A stretch of DNA of 64,000 nt from an uncultured Cellvibrio sp. (GTDB taxonomy: Bacteria > Pseudomonadota > Gammaproteobacteria > Pseudomonadales > Cellvibrionaceae), in assembly GCA_965652595.1 (NCBI GenBank), contig CBFGWO010000004.1, positions 3,221-67,220 of the forward strand, read 5' to 3'. Shown here piece after piece: positions 20,796-33,134 of the stretch. Position numbers and translations under genes: made by a program. The stretch's first letter is position 1; each line of letters begins with the position of its first letter. A model generated the notes under the pieces. The model saw nothing but the letters and a program-made list of their open reading frames with translations, did no database searches and was not told the origin of the DNA.

Positions 20796-22703
20796 ATGAC
20801 CCTAGATACCCAAAAAGAAACTCGGGGCTTTCAAACGGAAGCCAAGCAGCTACTGCACTTGATGATCCACTCGCTGTACTCCAACCGGGAGATTTTTCTG
20901 CGTGAACTAATCTCCAATGCGTCGGACGCGGCGGATAAATTGCGTTTTGAAGCAGTATCCAATGATGGGTTATATGAGGGCGACGGTGATCTGAAGATTC
21001 GCGTGAGTTTTGACAAGGATGCCAAAACCCTCACCATCATCGATAACGGCATAGGCATGTCGCGCGACGAGGTGGTTGAAAATCTGGGTACCATTGCCAA
21101 ATCTGGTACCGCGCAATTTATGCAAAAACTGAGCGGCGATCAGAAAAAAGATGCTCAGTTGATTGGCCAATTTGGCGTTGGGTTCTATTCGGCGTTTATC
21201 GTGGCCGACAAAGTGGTTGTCACCACTCGCCGTGCGGGTTGCCCTGCGGAACAAGGTGTTCGTTGGGAGTGCACCGGAGAGGCTGAATTTAGCGTAGAAA
21301 ATTGTGTAAAACCGGAGCGGGGTACTTGCGTTGAATTGCATCTCAAAGCGGACGCACTGGAATTTGCCGATCACTGGCGGCTGCGCTCAATCATTAAAAA
21401 ATACTCAGACCACATCGCGATTCCCGTGGTGATGCAAAAGCAAACCCCCGTGGGCGAAGAAGCAACAACGGAGCCAGAAGATGAGGTGATTAACACAGCA
21501 ACGGCTCTGTGGACACGATCTCGTACAGAGATCAGTGATGATGAATACAAGGCGTTTTACAAACATGTCAGTCACGACTTTGCCGATCCGCTCAGCTGGA
21601 GCCACAATCGCGTGGAAGGTAATCTGGATTACACCAGCTTGCTCTTTATTCCGGCCCGTGCCCCCTTTGATCTATACAACCGCGATGCAGCGCGCGGTTT
21701 AAAATTGTATGTGCAGCGCACTTTTATCATGGATGATGCCGAACAATTTTTGCCGCTCTATTTGCGCTTTATCAAAGGTGTGGTTGACTCCAACGATCTC
21801 TCGCTGAACGTTTCCCGTGAAATCCTGCAAAAAGATCCAAACATTGACAGCATGCGCTCGGCGCTGACCAAGCGCGTGCTGGATATGCTCAACAAATTGG
21901 CGAAAGATCAAGCAGAGGATTACGCCAAGTTTTGGACGGAATTTGGCCAGGTGTTAAAAGAAGGGCCAGCGGAAGATTTCGCCAACCGCGAAAAGATTGC
22001 CAAGCTGCTGCGCTTTTCGTCTACCCATACAGGTTCGCCAGAGCAAGATCAGTCGCTGGAAGACTATGTGGCGCGCATGAAAGAGGGCCAAGACAAGATT
22101 TACTACATTGCGGCCGAGAACTTCAATACCGCCAAGAGCAGCCCGCATCTGGAAGTTTTCCGCAAAAAAGGTATCGAAGTCTTGCTGCTCAGCGATCGCG
22201 TTGATGAGTGGTTGATGAGCCATTTGCACGACTTTGATGGCAAGCCTTTCCAGGATGTGGGCAAAGGTGAATTGGATCTGGGTAAGTTGGATTCAGATGA
22301 AGAGAAAAAAGCCCAGGAAGAAGTTGCTGAACAACTCAAACCTTTGCTTGAAAGAGTCAAGACAGCCTTGGGTGAACAGGTGGCCGAGGTGAGGGTAACT
22401 CATCGACTAACGGATTCACCCGCCTGTGTGGTTGTTGCTGAACATGATATGGGTGCCCAGATGCGCCGAATTCTTGAAGCCGCGGGCCAAAAGTTGCCGG
22501 ATTCCAAACCGATTTTTGAAATCAACCCGGAGCATGCATTGGTGAAAAAGCTGGAGCAGGAATCCAGTGAAAGCCGTTTCAGTGATCTGGCCCATATACT
22601 CTTTGATCAGGCCAACCTGGCAGAGGGCGCGCAGCTCGCTGATCCCGCGGCCTATGTTCAGCGCCTCAACAAATTGTTGCTGGAGTTGCACGCCGGTCAG
22701 TAA
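20796..22703 (+). CDS. htpG: Molecular chaperone HtpG (Hsp90)
   Basis: 635 aa. Contains [38 protein letters not shown] and GQFGVGFYS motifs. Confidence 0.97.
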   Translation: MTLDTQKETRGFQTEAKQLLHLMIHSLYSNREIFLRELISNASDAADKLRFEAVSNDGLYEGDGDLKIRVSFDKDAKTLTIIDNGIGMSRDEVVENLGTIAKSGTAQFMQKLSGDQKKDAQLIGQFGVGFYSAFIVADKVVVTTRRAGCPAEQGVRWECTGEAEFSVENCVKPERGTCVELHLKADALEFADHWRLRSIIKKYSDHIAIPVVMQKQTPVGEEATTEPEDEVINTATALWTRSRTEISDDEYKAFYKHVSHDFADPLSWSHNRVEGNLDYTSLLFIPARAPFDLYNRDAARGLKLYVQRTFIMDDAEQFLPLYLRFIKGVVDSNDLSLNVSREILQKDPNIDSMRSALTKRVLDMLNKLAKDQAEDYAKFWTEFGQVLKEGPAEDFANREKIAKLLRFSSTHTGSPEQDQSLEDYVARMKEGQDKIYYIAAENFNTAKSSPHLEVFRKKGIEVLLLSDRVDEWLMSHLHDFDGKPFQDVGKGELDLGKLDSDEEKKAQEEVAEQLKPLLERVKTALGEQVAEVRVTHRLTDSPACVVVAEHDMGAQMRRILEAAGQKLPDSKPIFEINPEHALVKKLEQESSESRFSDLAHILFDQANLAEGAQLADPAAYVQRLNKLLLELHAGQ

Positions 22704-22749
22704 CTGCCTAACCTTGGGTGAACTCGTATGAGTTCGCCCCGGAGTCACT

Positions 22750-23205
22750 ATGAAATACAAAAATCTCGCACTGCCTGCCACTAAAGCGATTGCCCTGGTG
22801 GCCCATGACAATAAAAAGAAGGACATTCTTTCCTGGTGTGCGGCCCATAAAGCGGCGCTGGAGCAACATAAGCTTTACGCGACTGGCACCACGGGTAGTC
22901 TGATTGAGCGTGATGTGGGCTTGCAGGTAAACAAGTTGATTAGTGGCCCTATGGGGGGTGATCAGCAGGTAGGGGCTTTAATTAGCCAAGGAGAAATTAA
23001 TTTCCTGGTGTTTTTTTGGGATCCTTTTGAGCCAATGCCCCATGATCCAGATGTAAAGGCACTCTTGCGCATTGCCGCTGTGTGGAACATCCCTGTTGCC
23101 TGCAATCAAATCTCGGCGGACTTTATGTTGTCGTCTAGCCTGTTTACGTCAAGTTGCGATCGTAGTGTTCCTGACTATGCCAGCTACCTGGCCGCGCGCA
23201 CCTAG
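22750..23205 (+). CDS. mgsA: Methylglyoxal synthase
   Basis: 151 aa. Contains IALVAHDNKK, LYATGTTG, SGPMGGDQQ and DPFEPMPHDPDVKALLR motifs. Confidence 0.93.
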   Translation: MKYKNLALPATKAIALVAHDNKKKDILSWCAAHKAALEQHKLYATGTTGSLIERDVGLQVNKLISGPMGGDQQVGALISQGEINFLVFFWDPFEPMPHDPDVKALLRIAAVWNIPVACNQISADFMLSSSLFTSSCDRSVPDYASYLAART

Positions 23206-23217
23206 CAGGCCGCTGCA

Positions 23218-23535
23218 CTAAAAATCATCAATGGCAGGATAACTGTCCGGTTCCAGCATAGCCAATGCGGTAAGGTGATCGCGCGCCGACCCGTTGAACT
23301 CCTCTCCCCAACGATCTTCGGCGCTAATTTCGTAGGCCGCCTCTGAGTCTTCGGGGGCGGCCGCTCCGACCAGGGTCAGTTGTTGCCAATTCTCCCTGTC
23401 AAATTCTGCGATCGAGCCGTCAAAATACTGAACCTCGATGGTGCCTGACGCTTCATCCAAAGCGACAACTTCAAACCAGGCGCCTTGTTCTCTGTCTTGG
23501 TACCAACTGCCGATATGGGGATGTAACCAGGTCAT
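23218..23535 (-). CDS. Small acidic hypothetical protein (conserved gammaproteobacterial DUF-like)
   Basis: 105 aa from the internal ATG at 23535, which has AGGAGA 7 nt upstream: MTWLHPHIGSWYQDREQGAWFEVVALDEASGTIEVQYFDGSIAEFDRENW... The tail is acidic. The 42-codon N-terminal extension in the ORF track lacks an RBS. Confidence 0.65.
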   Translation of the reverse strand: MTWLHPHIGSWYQDREQGAWFEVVALDEASGTIEVQYFDGSIAEFDRENWQQLTLVGAAAPEDSEAAYEISAEDRWGEEFNGSARDHLTALAMLEPDSYPAIDDF

Positions 23536-23869
23536 CAACGCTCTCCTGTTTCCGCTCAAATGTTTGCCAAACCTTATCACTCTGGAAGCCGGGTGCAAGC
23601 CGACAAAGGAATAGCAAAGTGTGAAGTAAACCCTGATGCTGGCTTTAAAATTGGTTTTCAAGTACTTAATTCCGCAGAATTTTTATAGGCGCCCGCCGTT
23701 TTGCTAATGAGTTTTTGAGCACCCCTTTATCTAAATGCACAGAGGTTGATAAAACATTTGTCTAAGGTAATGAAAGGCGTGTTGTTGGTTTTGGAGGCGT
23801 TGAGTGAGTGCTGTGATTTTCAGCTTATAACCAAAATCACTAATAAACGGGCTTTTTTGTTATTTTTTC

Positions 23870-23898
23870 TGGACATGAATTGTTAATTATCGTAAAAA
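23870..23898 (+). promoter_or_regulatory. Candidate sigma-70 promoter for the cold-shock gene, giving a leader of about 140 nt
   Basis: TGGACA, a 17-nt spacer, then TAAAAA. A long 5' UTR is typical of cspA-family genes. Confidence 0.3.
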
Positions 23899-24046
23899 TG
23901 GAGCCTCACGGAGACCTGTGAACGCTGCATGCGTCCGAGGTGGCTGGCAACACTTGTAATACTCAGCACCAAGGTCGATAAGTTGGCGCACAGGCCAACA
24001 ATATACGGACAACTAACAGCGAAGATAACAATAACGAGGTGTCAGT

Positions 24047-24262
24047 ATGGCTGATCGTGAATCAGGCACTGTCAAGTGGTTTAACAATGCGCGCGGTTAC
24101 GGGTTTATTACCCGCGGTGAGGGGAGTGCAGATATTTTTGTCCACTACCGCAACATTCGCGCAGAAGGATACCGTTCACTTGCGGAAGGTCAGGTTGTTG
24201 AATTTGAACTTATGCAGGGTGAAAAAGGACTTCAGGCAGAAGACGTTGTTCCTGTAGGCTGA
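24047..24262 (+). CDS. Cold-shock domain protein (CspA family)
   Basis: 71 aa. GTVKWFNNARGYGFI (RNP1) and DIFVHY (RNP2) motifs are present. Confidence 0.93.
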   Translation: MADRESGTVKWFNNARGYGFITRGEGSADIFVHYRNIRAEGYRSLAEGQVVEFELMQGEKGLQAEDVVPVG

Positions 24263-24281
24263 GCGACTTCCTATCTGAAAC

Positions 24282-24309
24282 AAAAACACCGGCGATCGCC
24301 GGTGTTTTT
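24282..24309. terminator. Bidirectional intrinsic terminator between csp and csiV
   Basis: AAAAACACCGGCGATCGCCGGTGTTTTT is a perfect palindrome flanked by A and T runs. Confidence 0.85.
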
Positions 24310-24341
24310 GTTTGTGCCTTTTCTACTGGCGTCTACTTGGT

Positions 24342-25202
24342 TTACTTGGGTTGTTCGTAGGGGGTCGCCAGGATAAGGACACCCATCAAGGGATGGTCGA
24401 GATAATGTAATTCACCGCTGCGCAAACGACGATCCTCCTCTAACAGAACAATGCGCCTGGGAAGATAGGCAGCGTCCGGCAGGATTTCTTCGCGTTGAAT
24501 GGCATCGCTCCAATAGGCTTGCTGGTTGTCGGTTGAATCCCCTGTATTGGCTATATTCTCCGGTGCTGACAGCTCGGTGCCCATGGTCAGCGTTTCGAAG
24601 TTCGACGTGCGCACTAGGGGAGACGTGGGAAGCAGCGGCCAGTCACCTGGGGATTGCCCCTGATCCAATTCAAACTCGGTGAGCCAGAGTTTGGTTTTTG
24701 CCTCAACGAAACGACCGAGACTGAAGGTAATACTGCCTTCAAGTTCATGATGATCCCCAAAAGGCTCTCCGGCTGACATTAAAATGCCTTTGGCTGACGA
24801 GGCTGGGCCTAGAGGTTGGCGCCAAGCTTCATGGAAAAGTACCCGGTATTGGCGGCTGTTTGCGAGCTTGCTGGCTTGGGTGTTAAGGCGACGTTCTTCG
24901 CTGACAAGCAATTGGAAGGCCGCGCTGGCTGGTTCGTGCAATTTTTCAGTGGCGGCAATGTCCTGGTCGCCTTCCTCCGGCAGCCCCGAATTTGCAGGCT
25001 CCAGTGTGACCCAGCGCAAGGGGTAGTCCAGCGCTATTGAGTGGGGCCAATGTTCCTCTTGCTCCGGGTATTCGCGCGCAAAAGCGATAACTTCAATTTG
25101 GAACCAGCGCTCATCGGTTTGCGCGACAGTTTGGCTGGCGAGCCCCCAGAAAAGCACGGTGAAAATCAGCATTTTCCGGTGTAAATAGACAGAATTGATC
25201 AT
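24342..25202 (-). CDS. csiV: CsiV-family (DUF2803-like) periplasmic peptidoglycan-associated protein
   Basis: 286 aa. Has a signal peptide, an N-terminal ERWFQIEVIAF motif and a C-terminal HYLDHPLMGVLILATPY motif. It lies directly downstream of mfd, and its start overlaps the mfd stop as ATGA. Confidence 0.65.
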   Translation of the reverse strand: MINSVYLHRKMLIFTVLFWGLASQTVAQTDERWFQIEVIAFAREYPEQEEHWPHSIALDYPLRWVTLEPANSGLPEEGDQDIAATEKLHEPASAAFQLLVSEERRLNTQASKLANSRQYRVLFHEAWRQPLGPASSAKGILMSAGEPFGDHHELEGSITFSLGRFVEAKTKLWLTEFELDQGQSPGDWPLLPTSPLVRTSNFETLTMGTELSAPENIANTGDSTDNQQAYWSDAIQREEILPDAAYLPRRIVLLEEDRRLRSGELHYLDHPLMGVLILATPYEQPK

Positions 25203-28200
25203 GTAGAAACTGGCTCCTTGGGGGGCAGTTGATCGAGCAACTGGGTAACTGCTTGCAGGCGTTGCTCATTAGTATCCATATCCAGTGTAAATTTCAAATG
25301 GTTGGCGCCTTCGAGACGATAACGTCCCGGTTGGCTTTGCACCAGCTGCACTATGGTCAGTGGATCGACACGGGTATCGGCAGAAAATTCCAGGCGTCCG
25401 CTTTTGGTACTTGCTTCCAGCTTGGTAATTCCCAGGCTGTCGGCCTTGAGTTTTAGTTGCGTAACCCGGAACAAATTTTTGGTGGCTTCCGGCAGCAGAC
25501 CGAAGCGGTCGATCATTTCAACCTGTAATTCGCGCAATGATTCTTCGCTGCCAGCGCTGGCGAGGCGCTTGTAAATCACCAGTCGAGTGTGAACATCAGG
25601 CAGATAATCGTTGGGGATTAACGCAGGAATACGCAGATTCACGTCGATGCTTTGCGCATCCAGGTTTTCGATATTTGCCTGTTTCCCTGAGCGTATGGCT
25701 TTGACTGCGCGATCCAACATATCCATATACAGTGAAAAGCCGATGGTCTGTATCTGACCGCTTTGTTCTTCGCCCAATAATTCTCCTGCGCCGCGAATTT
25801 CCATATCGTAGGTGGCCAGCGTAAACCCGGCTCCCAGATCTTCTGCACTGACAATCGCTTCAAGACGTTTAACGGCGTCGGCAGTCATGCTGCGTTTGTC
25901 CGGTGTTAATAAATAGGCGTAGGCCTGGTGGTGAGAGCGGCCTACGCGACCGCGCAGCTGGTGCATTTGTGCCAGGCCGAATTTGTCGGCGCGATCCATG
26001 ATGATGGTGTTGGCGCTGGGCACATCGATGCCGGTTTCGATAATGGTGGTGCACACAAGGATATTAAAACGCTTGTGATAAAAATCCGACATTACCCGCT
26101 CAAGGTCACGTTCGCGCATCTGGCCGTGGCCTATGCCGATACGCGCCTCGGGAATAAGTTCCTGCAGTTCGCGGGCGGTTTTTTCGATGGTTTTGACTTC
26201 GTTGTGCAGGTAGTACACCTGTCCGCCGCGCAAAATTTCCCGCAGTATGGCTTCTTTGATCACCGCTTCGTCGTATTGGCGCACAAAGGTTTTGACTGAC
26301 AGGCGGCGGGCCGGTGGTGTGGCGATAATCGATAGATCGCGAATGCCGGCCATGGACATATTGAGTGTGCGTGGAATGGGTGTGGCGGTTAGCGTCAGTA
26401 TGTCTATCTCGGCGCGCAGTGCTTTGAGTTGTTCTTTCTGGCGTACCCCAAAACGGTGTTCCTCATCGATGATCAGCAGGCCGAGGTTTTGGTATTTGAT
26501 GTCTGGCTGCAACAACTTGTGGGTGCCCACCACTATATCTATCTTGCCTTCTGCCAAGCGCTTGACGGCTTCATCCACTTCTTTTTGCGTGCGGAAGCGC
26601 GAAAGTACTTCAATGGTTACTGGCCAATCGGCAAAACGATCCTTGAGCGATTCGAAGTGCTGTTGGGCGAGCAGGGTGGTAGGGGCGAGAATGGCAACCT
26701 GCTTGCCGCTGTGAACTGCCACAAATGCGGCGCGCATGGCCACTTCGGTTTTGCCAAAGCCCACATCGCCGCACACCAATCGATCCATGGGCTTGGGCGA
26801 GAGCATATCAGCCACCACGGATTCGATTGCGCGCTGTTGGTCGGGGGTTTCCTCAAAGGGAAATGCAGCGGCAAATTGTGTGTAGGCCGCTTTGGGGTCA
26901 GCAAAGGCAAAGCCTTTGCGCGCCGCCCGTCGTGCGTAGACATCCAGAAGTTCGGCGGCGGTATCGCGCACTTGCTCCGCCGCTTTGCGTTTGGCTTTTT
27001 GCCAGGCTTCGTTGCCCAGCTTGTGCAGTGGAGCCAGGTCTTCATCGGCGCCGGAAAAGCGGCTGATCAAATGCAGGCTGGTGACCGGGACATAGAGACG
27101 CGCGCCTTCAGCGTACTCCAGGGTTAAAAATTCATTGGTTTGGTCATCAATGGTGATGGTTTCCAAACCACGGTAGCGGCCAACGCCGTGGTCGATATGC
27201 ACCACTGGGGCGCCGAGCTTGAGTTCAGTAAGGTTTTTGACAACAAGCTCGGCACTTTCCTGGCTTTGGCGTCGACGTCTTTGCTGTTGGATTCGCTCGC
27301 CAAAGAGCTGGGGCTCAGCGATTAACGCCAGTAGCGGCTTCTCAAGAATTAGCCCCTGTTCCAGTGGCGCCAGTGTAATAGCCAGTTGTTGATCGCCATC
27401 GACGAACTCTTGCCAGTTGGCAACTTCTTTGGGGTGGCGATTGATTCTCCCAAGCAATTCCAGCAGGGTTTCGCGCCGTCCTGCAGATTCAGCTGCAAAG
27501 AGCACTCTGCCGGGAAACTCCATTAAAAAGGCTTGCACCACCGCCAGAGGATTTTCCTGTTGGGCGCGCAGCGGCAGTTCCGGGGGGGGGAGGCTGGCGA
27601 AATTGGTGTTTCCCGCCTTGGCGTCCAGCACCTGGGTGTGGATCAGCGTGCGTGGGTAGTGCTTTAGCGCACCAAAGAACTCCTCTATGGCGAGGTAGAT
27701 ATCCCTGGGGGGCAGTATGGGTCTTTGCAGGTCGCCGCGTCGGCTTTCGTAGCGACGCAAGAGTTCAGTCCAGAAATGCTCGGCAGATTTTTCAATATCG
27801 CCCAGAGCATAAACCTGGGTGTTCGCCGGAATATAGTCGAACAGGCTGCTGCAATCTTCAAAAAACAACGGCAGATAATACTCAATACCCGGCGGCGAAA
27901 TACCCTCGCTCACATCCTGGTAAACCGGGCAGGCGCGATGGTCGACATCAAAGCGTTCGTGCCATTGCTGTTTGAAACGGCTGATCCCCGCTTTATCCAA
28001 TGGAAATTCCTTGGCGGGCAGCAGTTGAATCTTTTCCACCTGCTCCAGGGTTAACTGGGTTTCGGGGTCAAAGGTGCGCAGGGTTTCGATTTCGTCATCG
28101 AACAGGTCGATGCGGTAGGGCAGGTCGCTGCCCATCGGGAAGATATCCAGCAGCGCGCCGCGCACGGCAAATTCCCCGTGCTCATAGACTGTATCCACAC

Positions 28201-28687
28201 AGTGGTAGCCCGCTTTTTCCAAATTCAACCGCATTTGATCAAGTTTTAGGGTTTCGCCTTTGCTGAGCATCAGGCTGTTGCCTATTAAATAACTCTGGGG
28301 CATCAGGCGTTGCAGCAGGCTGGTAACAGGCACTACCAGGAGCGCTTGCTGGCAATTGGGCAGACGATAAAGCGTGCTCAGTCGCTCGGAAATAATGTCC
28401 TGGTGCGGCGATATGGTGTCGTAGGGTAGGGTTTCCCAATCCGCGAGATGCAGCACAGGTAAGCGGTTGCTGCAAAAAAACGCCAGTTCGGTTTCCAGTC
28501 GCAGAGCGCTACTGGTATCGGTGGTAATAACCAGACTCAGGCCAGGGTGCGCTAGAGCTGCTGTTGCTATGGCCAGCGGCTGGGCGCTGCCATGCAATTG
28601 ACCCCAGTGCTGACGGTTGCCAGGTGAGTTGGAAAGGGGAGGCTGGACTAGTGAATGAAAGGTCATAGACAACGGGGTTGCTTGCAA
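25199..28687 (-). CDS. mfd: Transcription-repair coupling factor
   Basis: 1162 aa. Has helicase motifs GDVGFGKTEVA, DEEHRFGV and the TATPIPRT region, plus the C-terminal TRCF domain. Confidence 0.97.
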   Translation of the reverse strand: MQATPLSMTFHSLVQPPLSNSPGNRQHWGQLHGSAQPLAIATAALAHPGLSLVITTDTSSALRLETELAFFCSNRLPVLHLADWETLPYDTISPHQDIISERLSTLYRLPNCQQALLVVPVTSLLQRLMPQSYLIGNSLMLSKGETLKLDQMRLNLEKAGYHCVDTVYEHGEFAVRGALLDIFPMGSDLPYRIDLFDDEIETLRTFDPETQLTLEQVEKIQLLPAKEFPLDKAGISRFKQQWHERFDVDHRACPVYQDVSEGISPPGIEYYLPLFFEDCSSLFDYIPANTQVYALGDIEKSAEHFWTELLRRYESRRGDLQRPILPPRDIYLAIEEFFGALKHYPRTLIHTQVLDAKAGNTNFASLPPPELPLRAQQENPLAVVQAFLMEFPGRVLFAAESAGRRETLLELLGRINRHPKEVANWQEFVDGDQQLAITLAPLEQGLILEKPLLALIAEPQLFGERIQQQRRRRQSQESAELVVKNLTELKLGAPVVHIDHGVGRYRGLETITIDDQTNEFLTLEYAEGARLYVPVTSLHLISRFSGADEDLAPLHKLGNEAWQKAKRKAAEQVRDTAAELLDVYARRAARKGFAFADPKAAYTQFAAAFPFEETPDQQRAIESVVADMLSPKPMDRLVCGDVGFGKTEVAMRAAFVAVHSGKQVAILAPTTLLAQQHFESLKDRFADWPVTIEVLSRFRTQKEVDEAVKRLAEGKIDIVVGTHKLLQPDIKYQNLGLLIIDEEHRFGVRQKEQLKALRAEIDILTLTATPIPRTLNMSMAGIRDLSIIATPPARRLSVKTFVRQYDEAVIKEAILREILRGGQVYYLHNEVKTIEKTARELQELIPEARIGIGHGQMRERDLERVMSDFYHKRFNILVCTTIIETGIDVPSANTIIMDRADKFGLAQMHQLRGRVGRSHHQAYAYLLTPDKRSMTADAVKRLEAIVSAEDLGAGFTLATYDMEIRGAGELLGEEQSGQIQTIGFSLYMDMLDRAVKAIRSGKQANIENLDAQSIDVNLRIPALIPNDYLPDVHTRLVIYKRLASAGSEESLRELQVEMIDRFGLLPEATKNLFRVTQLKLKADSLGITKLEASTKSGRLEFSADTRVDPLTIVQLVQSQPGRYRLEGANHLKFTLDMDTNEQRLQAVTQLLDQLPPKEPVST

Positions 28688-29030
28688 AAGGCGCCCATTG
28701 TACCCGCATTCGGCAAAATGCTGAGGAGGTATTTTGTGCCTGCTTTCGCCGCGCAGAGGTGTTACCTCCTGAAAGTGTCGGTGCGTTAAGTCTTTGTTTT
28801 TGTCATTTATTTGTGCAAATAGCCAGAGGTCGCTCTGGTCATCCGCAGTCGCGATCTTTATAATTGCCGCGTTTTTGACCCCGGCCCCTGGCTAGATAGC
28901 GCGTTGTTGCGCACTTCTGCCCGCCCTTTGAGTCTCGCGGTGCGTCCAGGTTCGCCAGAGTGCGTATAAAACAGCAGGTTTTTTTACCTCCATTGAGGAC
29001 CAGCGTGCAGCGTCCAATTCCCCAGGGTGA

Positions 29031-30485
<1,455 letters not shown>

Positions 30486-30488
30486 TCC

Positions 30489-31694
30489 ATGCGTGCCCTG
30501 CGTAGTTTCCTCGACAAAATAGAACCTAACTTCCACAAAGGCGGCAAGCACGAAAAGTGGTATGCGCTTTATGAAGCGGTAGACACCATTTTTTACCGTC
30601 CCCCTACAGTTACTAAAACCACCGCTCATGTGCGTGACGGTATAGACCTCAAGCGCATCATGATTACCGTGTGGTTGTGTACCTTCCCGGCGATGTTTTA
30701 CGGCATGTATAACCTGGGCTTCCAGGCCAACACCATCATGGCCGATATGGGTATAGCGGCAGTTGAAGGTTGGCGCGGTGGTTTGATCGAACTGCTCGCT
30801 GGATACAACCCCAACAGTATCTGGGATTGCCTCTGGCACGGTGCTGCCTACTTCCTGCCTATTTACGCCGTGGTGTTTATTGTCGGTGGTTTTTGGGAAG
30901 TGCTCTTCGCCATGGTGCGTGGCCACGAAGTGAACGAAGGCTTCTTTGTGACTTCTGTGCTTTTTGCATTGATCTGTCCGCCGGATCTACCCTTGTGGCA
31001 AGCCGCACTGGGCATCAGCTTTGGTGTGGTGATTGCGAAAGAAGTATTTGGCGGCACAGGCAAAAACTTCCTCAACCCGGCGCTTGCTGGCCGCGCTTTC
31101 CTGTTCTTCGCTTATCCCGGTGATATTTCCGGTGATGCTGTGTGGACGGCGGTTGATGGTTACACTGGCGCCACAGCTCTCTCGGTGATGGCGCAGGATG
31201 GAGTAGCTGGTTTGCAGTCTATTAATCTCAGCTGGATGGATGCCTTCTTTGGCAATATGCACGGCTCCATTGGTGAGACTTCCACGCTGGCGATCCTGAT
31301 TGGTGGTGCCATTCTTCTGGTCATGGGGATAGCGTCCTGGCGTATTGTGCTGGGTGTGATGCTCGGCATGATGCTGACAGCTACTCTGTTCAACTTTATC
31401 GGCTCTGCCTCCAACCCTTTGTTTGCTGTGCCCTGGTACTGGCATCTGGTGGTGGGCGGTTTTGCGTTTGGCATGATGTTTATGGCCACAGATCCGGTAT
31501 CCGCTGCAATGACCAACACTGGAAAGCTTTGGTTTGGTGCGCTTATTGGATTTATGGTGGTGATTATCCGTGTGGTTAACCCGGCGTATCCGGAGGGCAT
31601 GATGTTGGCCATTTTGTTTGCCAACCTTTTCGCGCCCTTGATTGACCACTTTGTTGTGCAGGCAAACATTAAGCGGAGATTGGCTCGTGGCTAA
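30489..31694 (+). CDS. nqrB: Na+-NQR subunit B
   Basis: 401 aa, polytopic. Contains the YTGATALS flavinylation-site region. Confidence 0.95.
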   Translation: MRALRSFLDKIEPNFHKGGKHEKWYALYEAVDTIFYRPPTVTKTTAHVRDGIDLKRIMITVWLCTFPAMFYGMYNLGFQANTIMADMGIAAVEGWRGGLIELLAGYNPNSIWDCLWHGAAYFLPIYAVVFIVGGFWEVLFAMVRGHEVNEGFFVTSVLFALICPPDLPLWQAALGISFGVVIAKEVFGGTGKNFLNPALAGRAFLFFAYPGDISGDAVWTAVDGYTGATALSVMAQDGVAGLQSINLSWMDAFFGNMHGSIGETSTLAILIGGAILLVMGIASWRIVLGVMLGMMLTATLFNFIGSASNPLFAVPWYWHLVVGGFAFGMMFMATDPVSAAMTNTGKLWFGALIGFMVVIIRVVNPAYPEGMMLAILFANLFAPLIDHFVVQANIKRRLARG

Positions 31695-32472
31695 CAATGA
31701 CTCCATCAAGAAAACGATAACGGTTACCTTGCTGCTGTGTATCGTCTGTTCGGTGGTGGTATCCACTGCTGCAGTGATGCTTAAGCCCGCACAGGTGGCC
31801 AACAAGTCCCTGGACTTTAAACGCAACATTCTGGCGGCTTCAGGTTTGCTCGAAGGTGCGACCAGCGCGCGCGATGTAGAGCGCATTTTTGCCGAGCGAA
31901 TTACCACACAAGTGGTTGATCTCAACACTGGCAAGTTCACCGATGCGATTGACCCGGCAAGTTATGACCAGATGAAGGCGGCGAAAGATCCGGCTTTGTC
32001 GCAACCGCTGAGTGCTGAGGATGACATTGCCAAGATTTCGCGCCGCGAAAACTACTCTGTTGTCTACTTGGTAAAAGACGGCGAAAAACTCAGTCGTGTT
32101 GTTTTACCGATAAAAGGCTACGGGCTCTGGTCAACACTCTACGGTTTTTTGGCGCTCGAGGCAGACGCGAATACCGTTGTGGGCCTGGGTTTCTATCAGC
32201 ACGGTGAAACCCCTGGGTTGGGTGGTGAAGTTGATAACCCTCGCTGGAAATCCCAGTGGCAAGGAAAAGAGGTTTTCGACGCTCAGGGGCGCATAGCGAT
32301 CCGCTTGCTCAAAGGCGCGGTTGATCCCTCGGCGCCAGATGCCAAGCATCATATTGATGGTCTGTCAGGCGCGACCCTCACCAGTCGCGGTGTCGATAAC
32401 CTGTTGCACTTCTGGTTGGGCGAGAATGGCTACAAGCCTTTTCTGGACAACCTGTTGAAGGGAGAAGCTTAA
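31687..32472 (+). CDS. nqrC: Na+-NQR subunit C
   Basis: A GTG start gives (M)[16 protein letters not shown]..., which matches the NqrC N-terminus. Contains the SGATLTS FMN-attachment motif. The start overlaps the nqrB stop. Confidence 0.93.
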   Translation: MANNDSIKKTITVTLLLCIVCSVVVSTAAVMLKPAQVANKSLDFKRNILAASGLLEGATSARDVERIFAERITTQVVDLNTGKFTDAIDPASYDQMKAAKDPALSQPLSAEDDIAKISRRENYSVVYLVKDGEKLSRVVLPIKGYGLWSTLYGFLALEADANTVVGLGFYQHGETPGLGGEVDNPRWKSQWQGKEVFDAQGRIAIRLLKGAVDPSAPDAKHHIDGLSGATLTSRGVDNLLHFWLGENGYKPFLDNLLKGEA

Positions 32473-32475
32473 GCC

Positions 32476-33132
32476 ATGAAAACCAAAGAACTGTTATTTG
32501 CTCCCGTATTTAAGAACAATCCCATTGCGCTGCAAATTTTGGGTATTTGTTCTGCTTTAGCGGTTACCAGCAGCTTGAAGATTACTTTGGTAATGTGCGT
32601 CGCCTTAACCGCTGTTACTGCGTTTTCAAATTTCTTTGTTTCATTGGTGCGTAATCATGCTCCAAACAGCATTCGCATCATCGTTCAGATGGTGATTATT
32701 GCCTCTTTGGTTATTGTGGTTGATCAAATTCTGAAGGCGGTCGCCTATGACATCAGTAAACAACTGTCGGTGTTTGTGGGTTTGATTATTACCAACTGTA
32801 TCGTGATGGGACGTGCGGAGGCCTTCGCTATGAAGAACCCGCCTATCCCCAGTTTTTTAGACGGTATAGGCAATGGTTTGGGTTACAGTGCCATGCTTGT
32901 TGCTTTGGCGGTAGTTAGAGAGTTGCTGGGTTCAGGTAAGTTATTAGGGTATGAAATTCTCTCTTTGGTTACAGACGGTGGGTGGTATGTACCTAACGGC
33001 TTGCTCTTGCTCCCTCCCAGTGCGTTTTTCCTGATTGGCTTGTTCATTTGGGCTTTACGTTCCTGGAAGAAAGATCAAGTCGAAGCGAGTGAGTTCAAAA
33101 TCGCTCCGAATACCAAGCTGCAGGAGGTGTGA
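32476..33132 (+). CDS. nqrD: Na+-NQR subunit D
   Basis: 218 aa, polytopic. [25 protein letters not shown] is typical of NqrD/RnfE. Confidence 0.95.
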   Translation: MKTKELLFAPVFKNNPIALQILGICSALAVTSSLKITLVMCVALTAVTAFSNFFVSLVRNHAPNSIRIIVQMVIIASLVIVVDQILKAVAYDISKQLSVFVGLIITNCIVMGRAEAFAMKNPPIPSFLDGIGNGLGYSAMLVALAVVRELLGSGKLLGYEILSLVTDGGWYVPNGLLLLPPSAFFLIGLFIWALRSWKKDQVEASEFKIAPNTKLQEV

Positions 33133-33134
33133 TC

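Noticed and set aside
23770-23886. A 38-codon ORF (MKGVLLVLEALSECCDFQ...) in the region upstream of csp.
   Set aside because: Its AAGG lies only 2 nt from the ATG, it overlaps the putative csp promoter, and it has no recognisable features.
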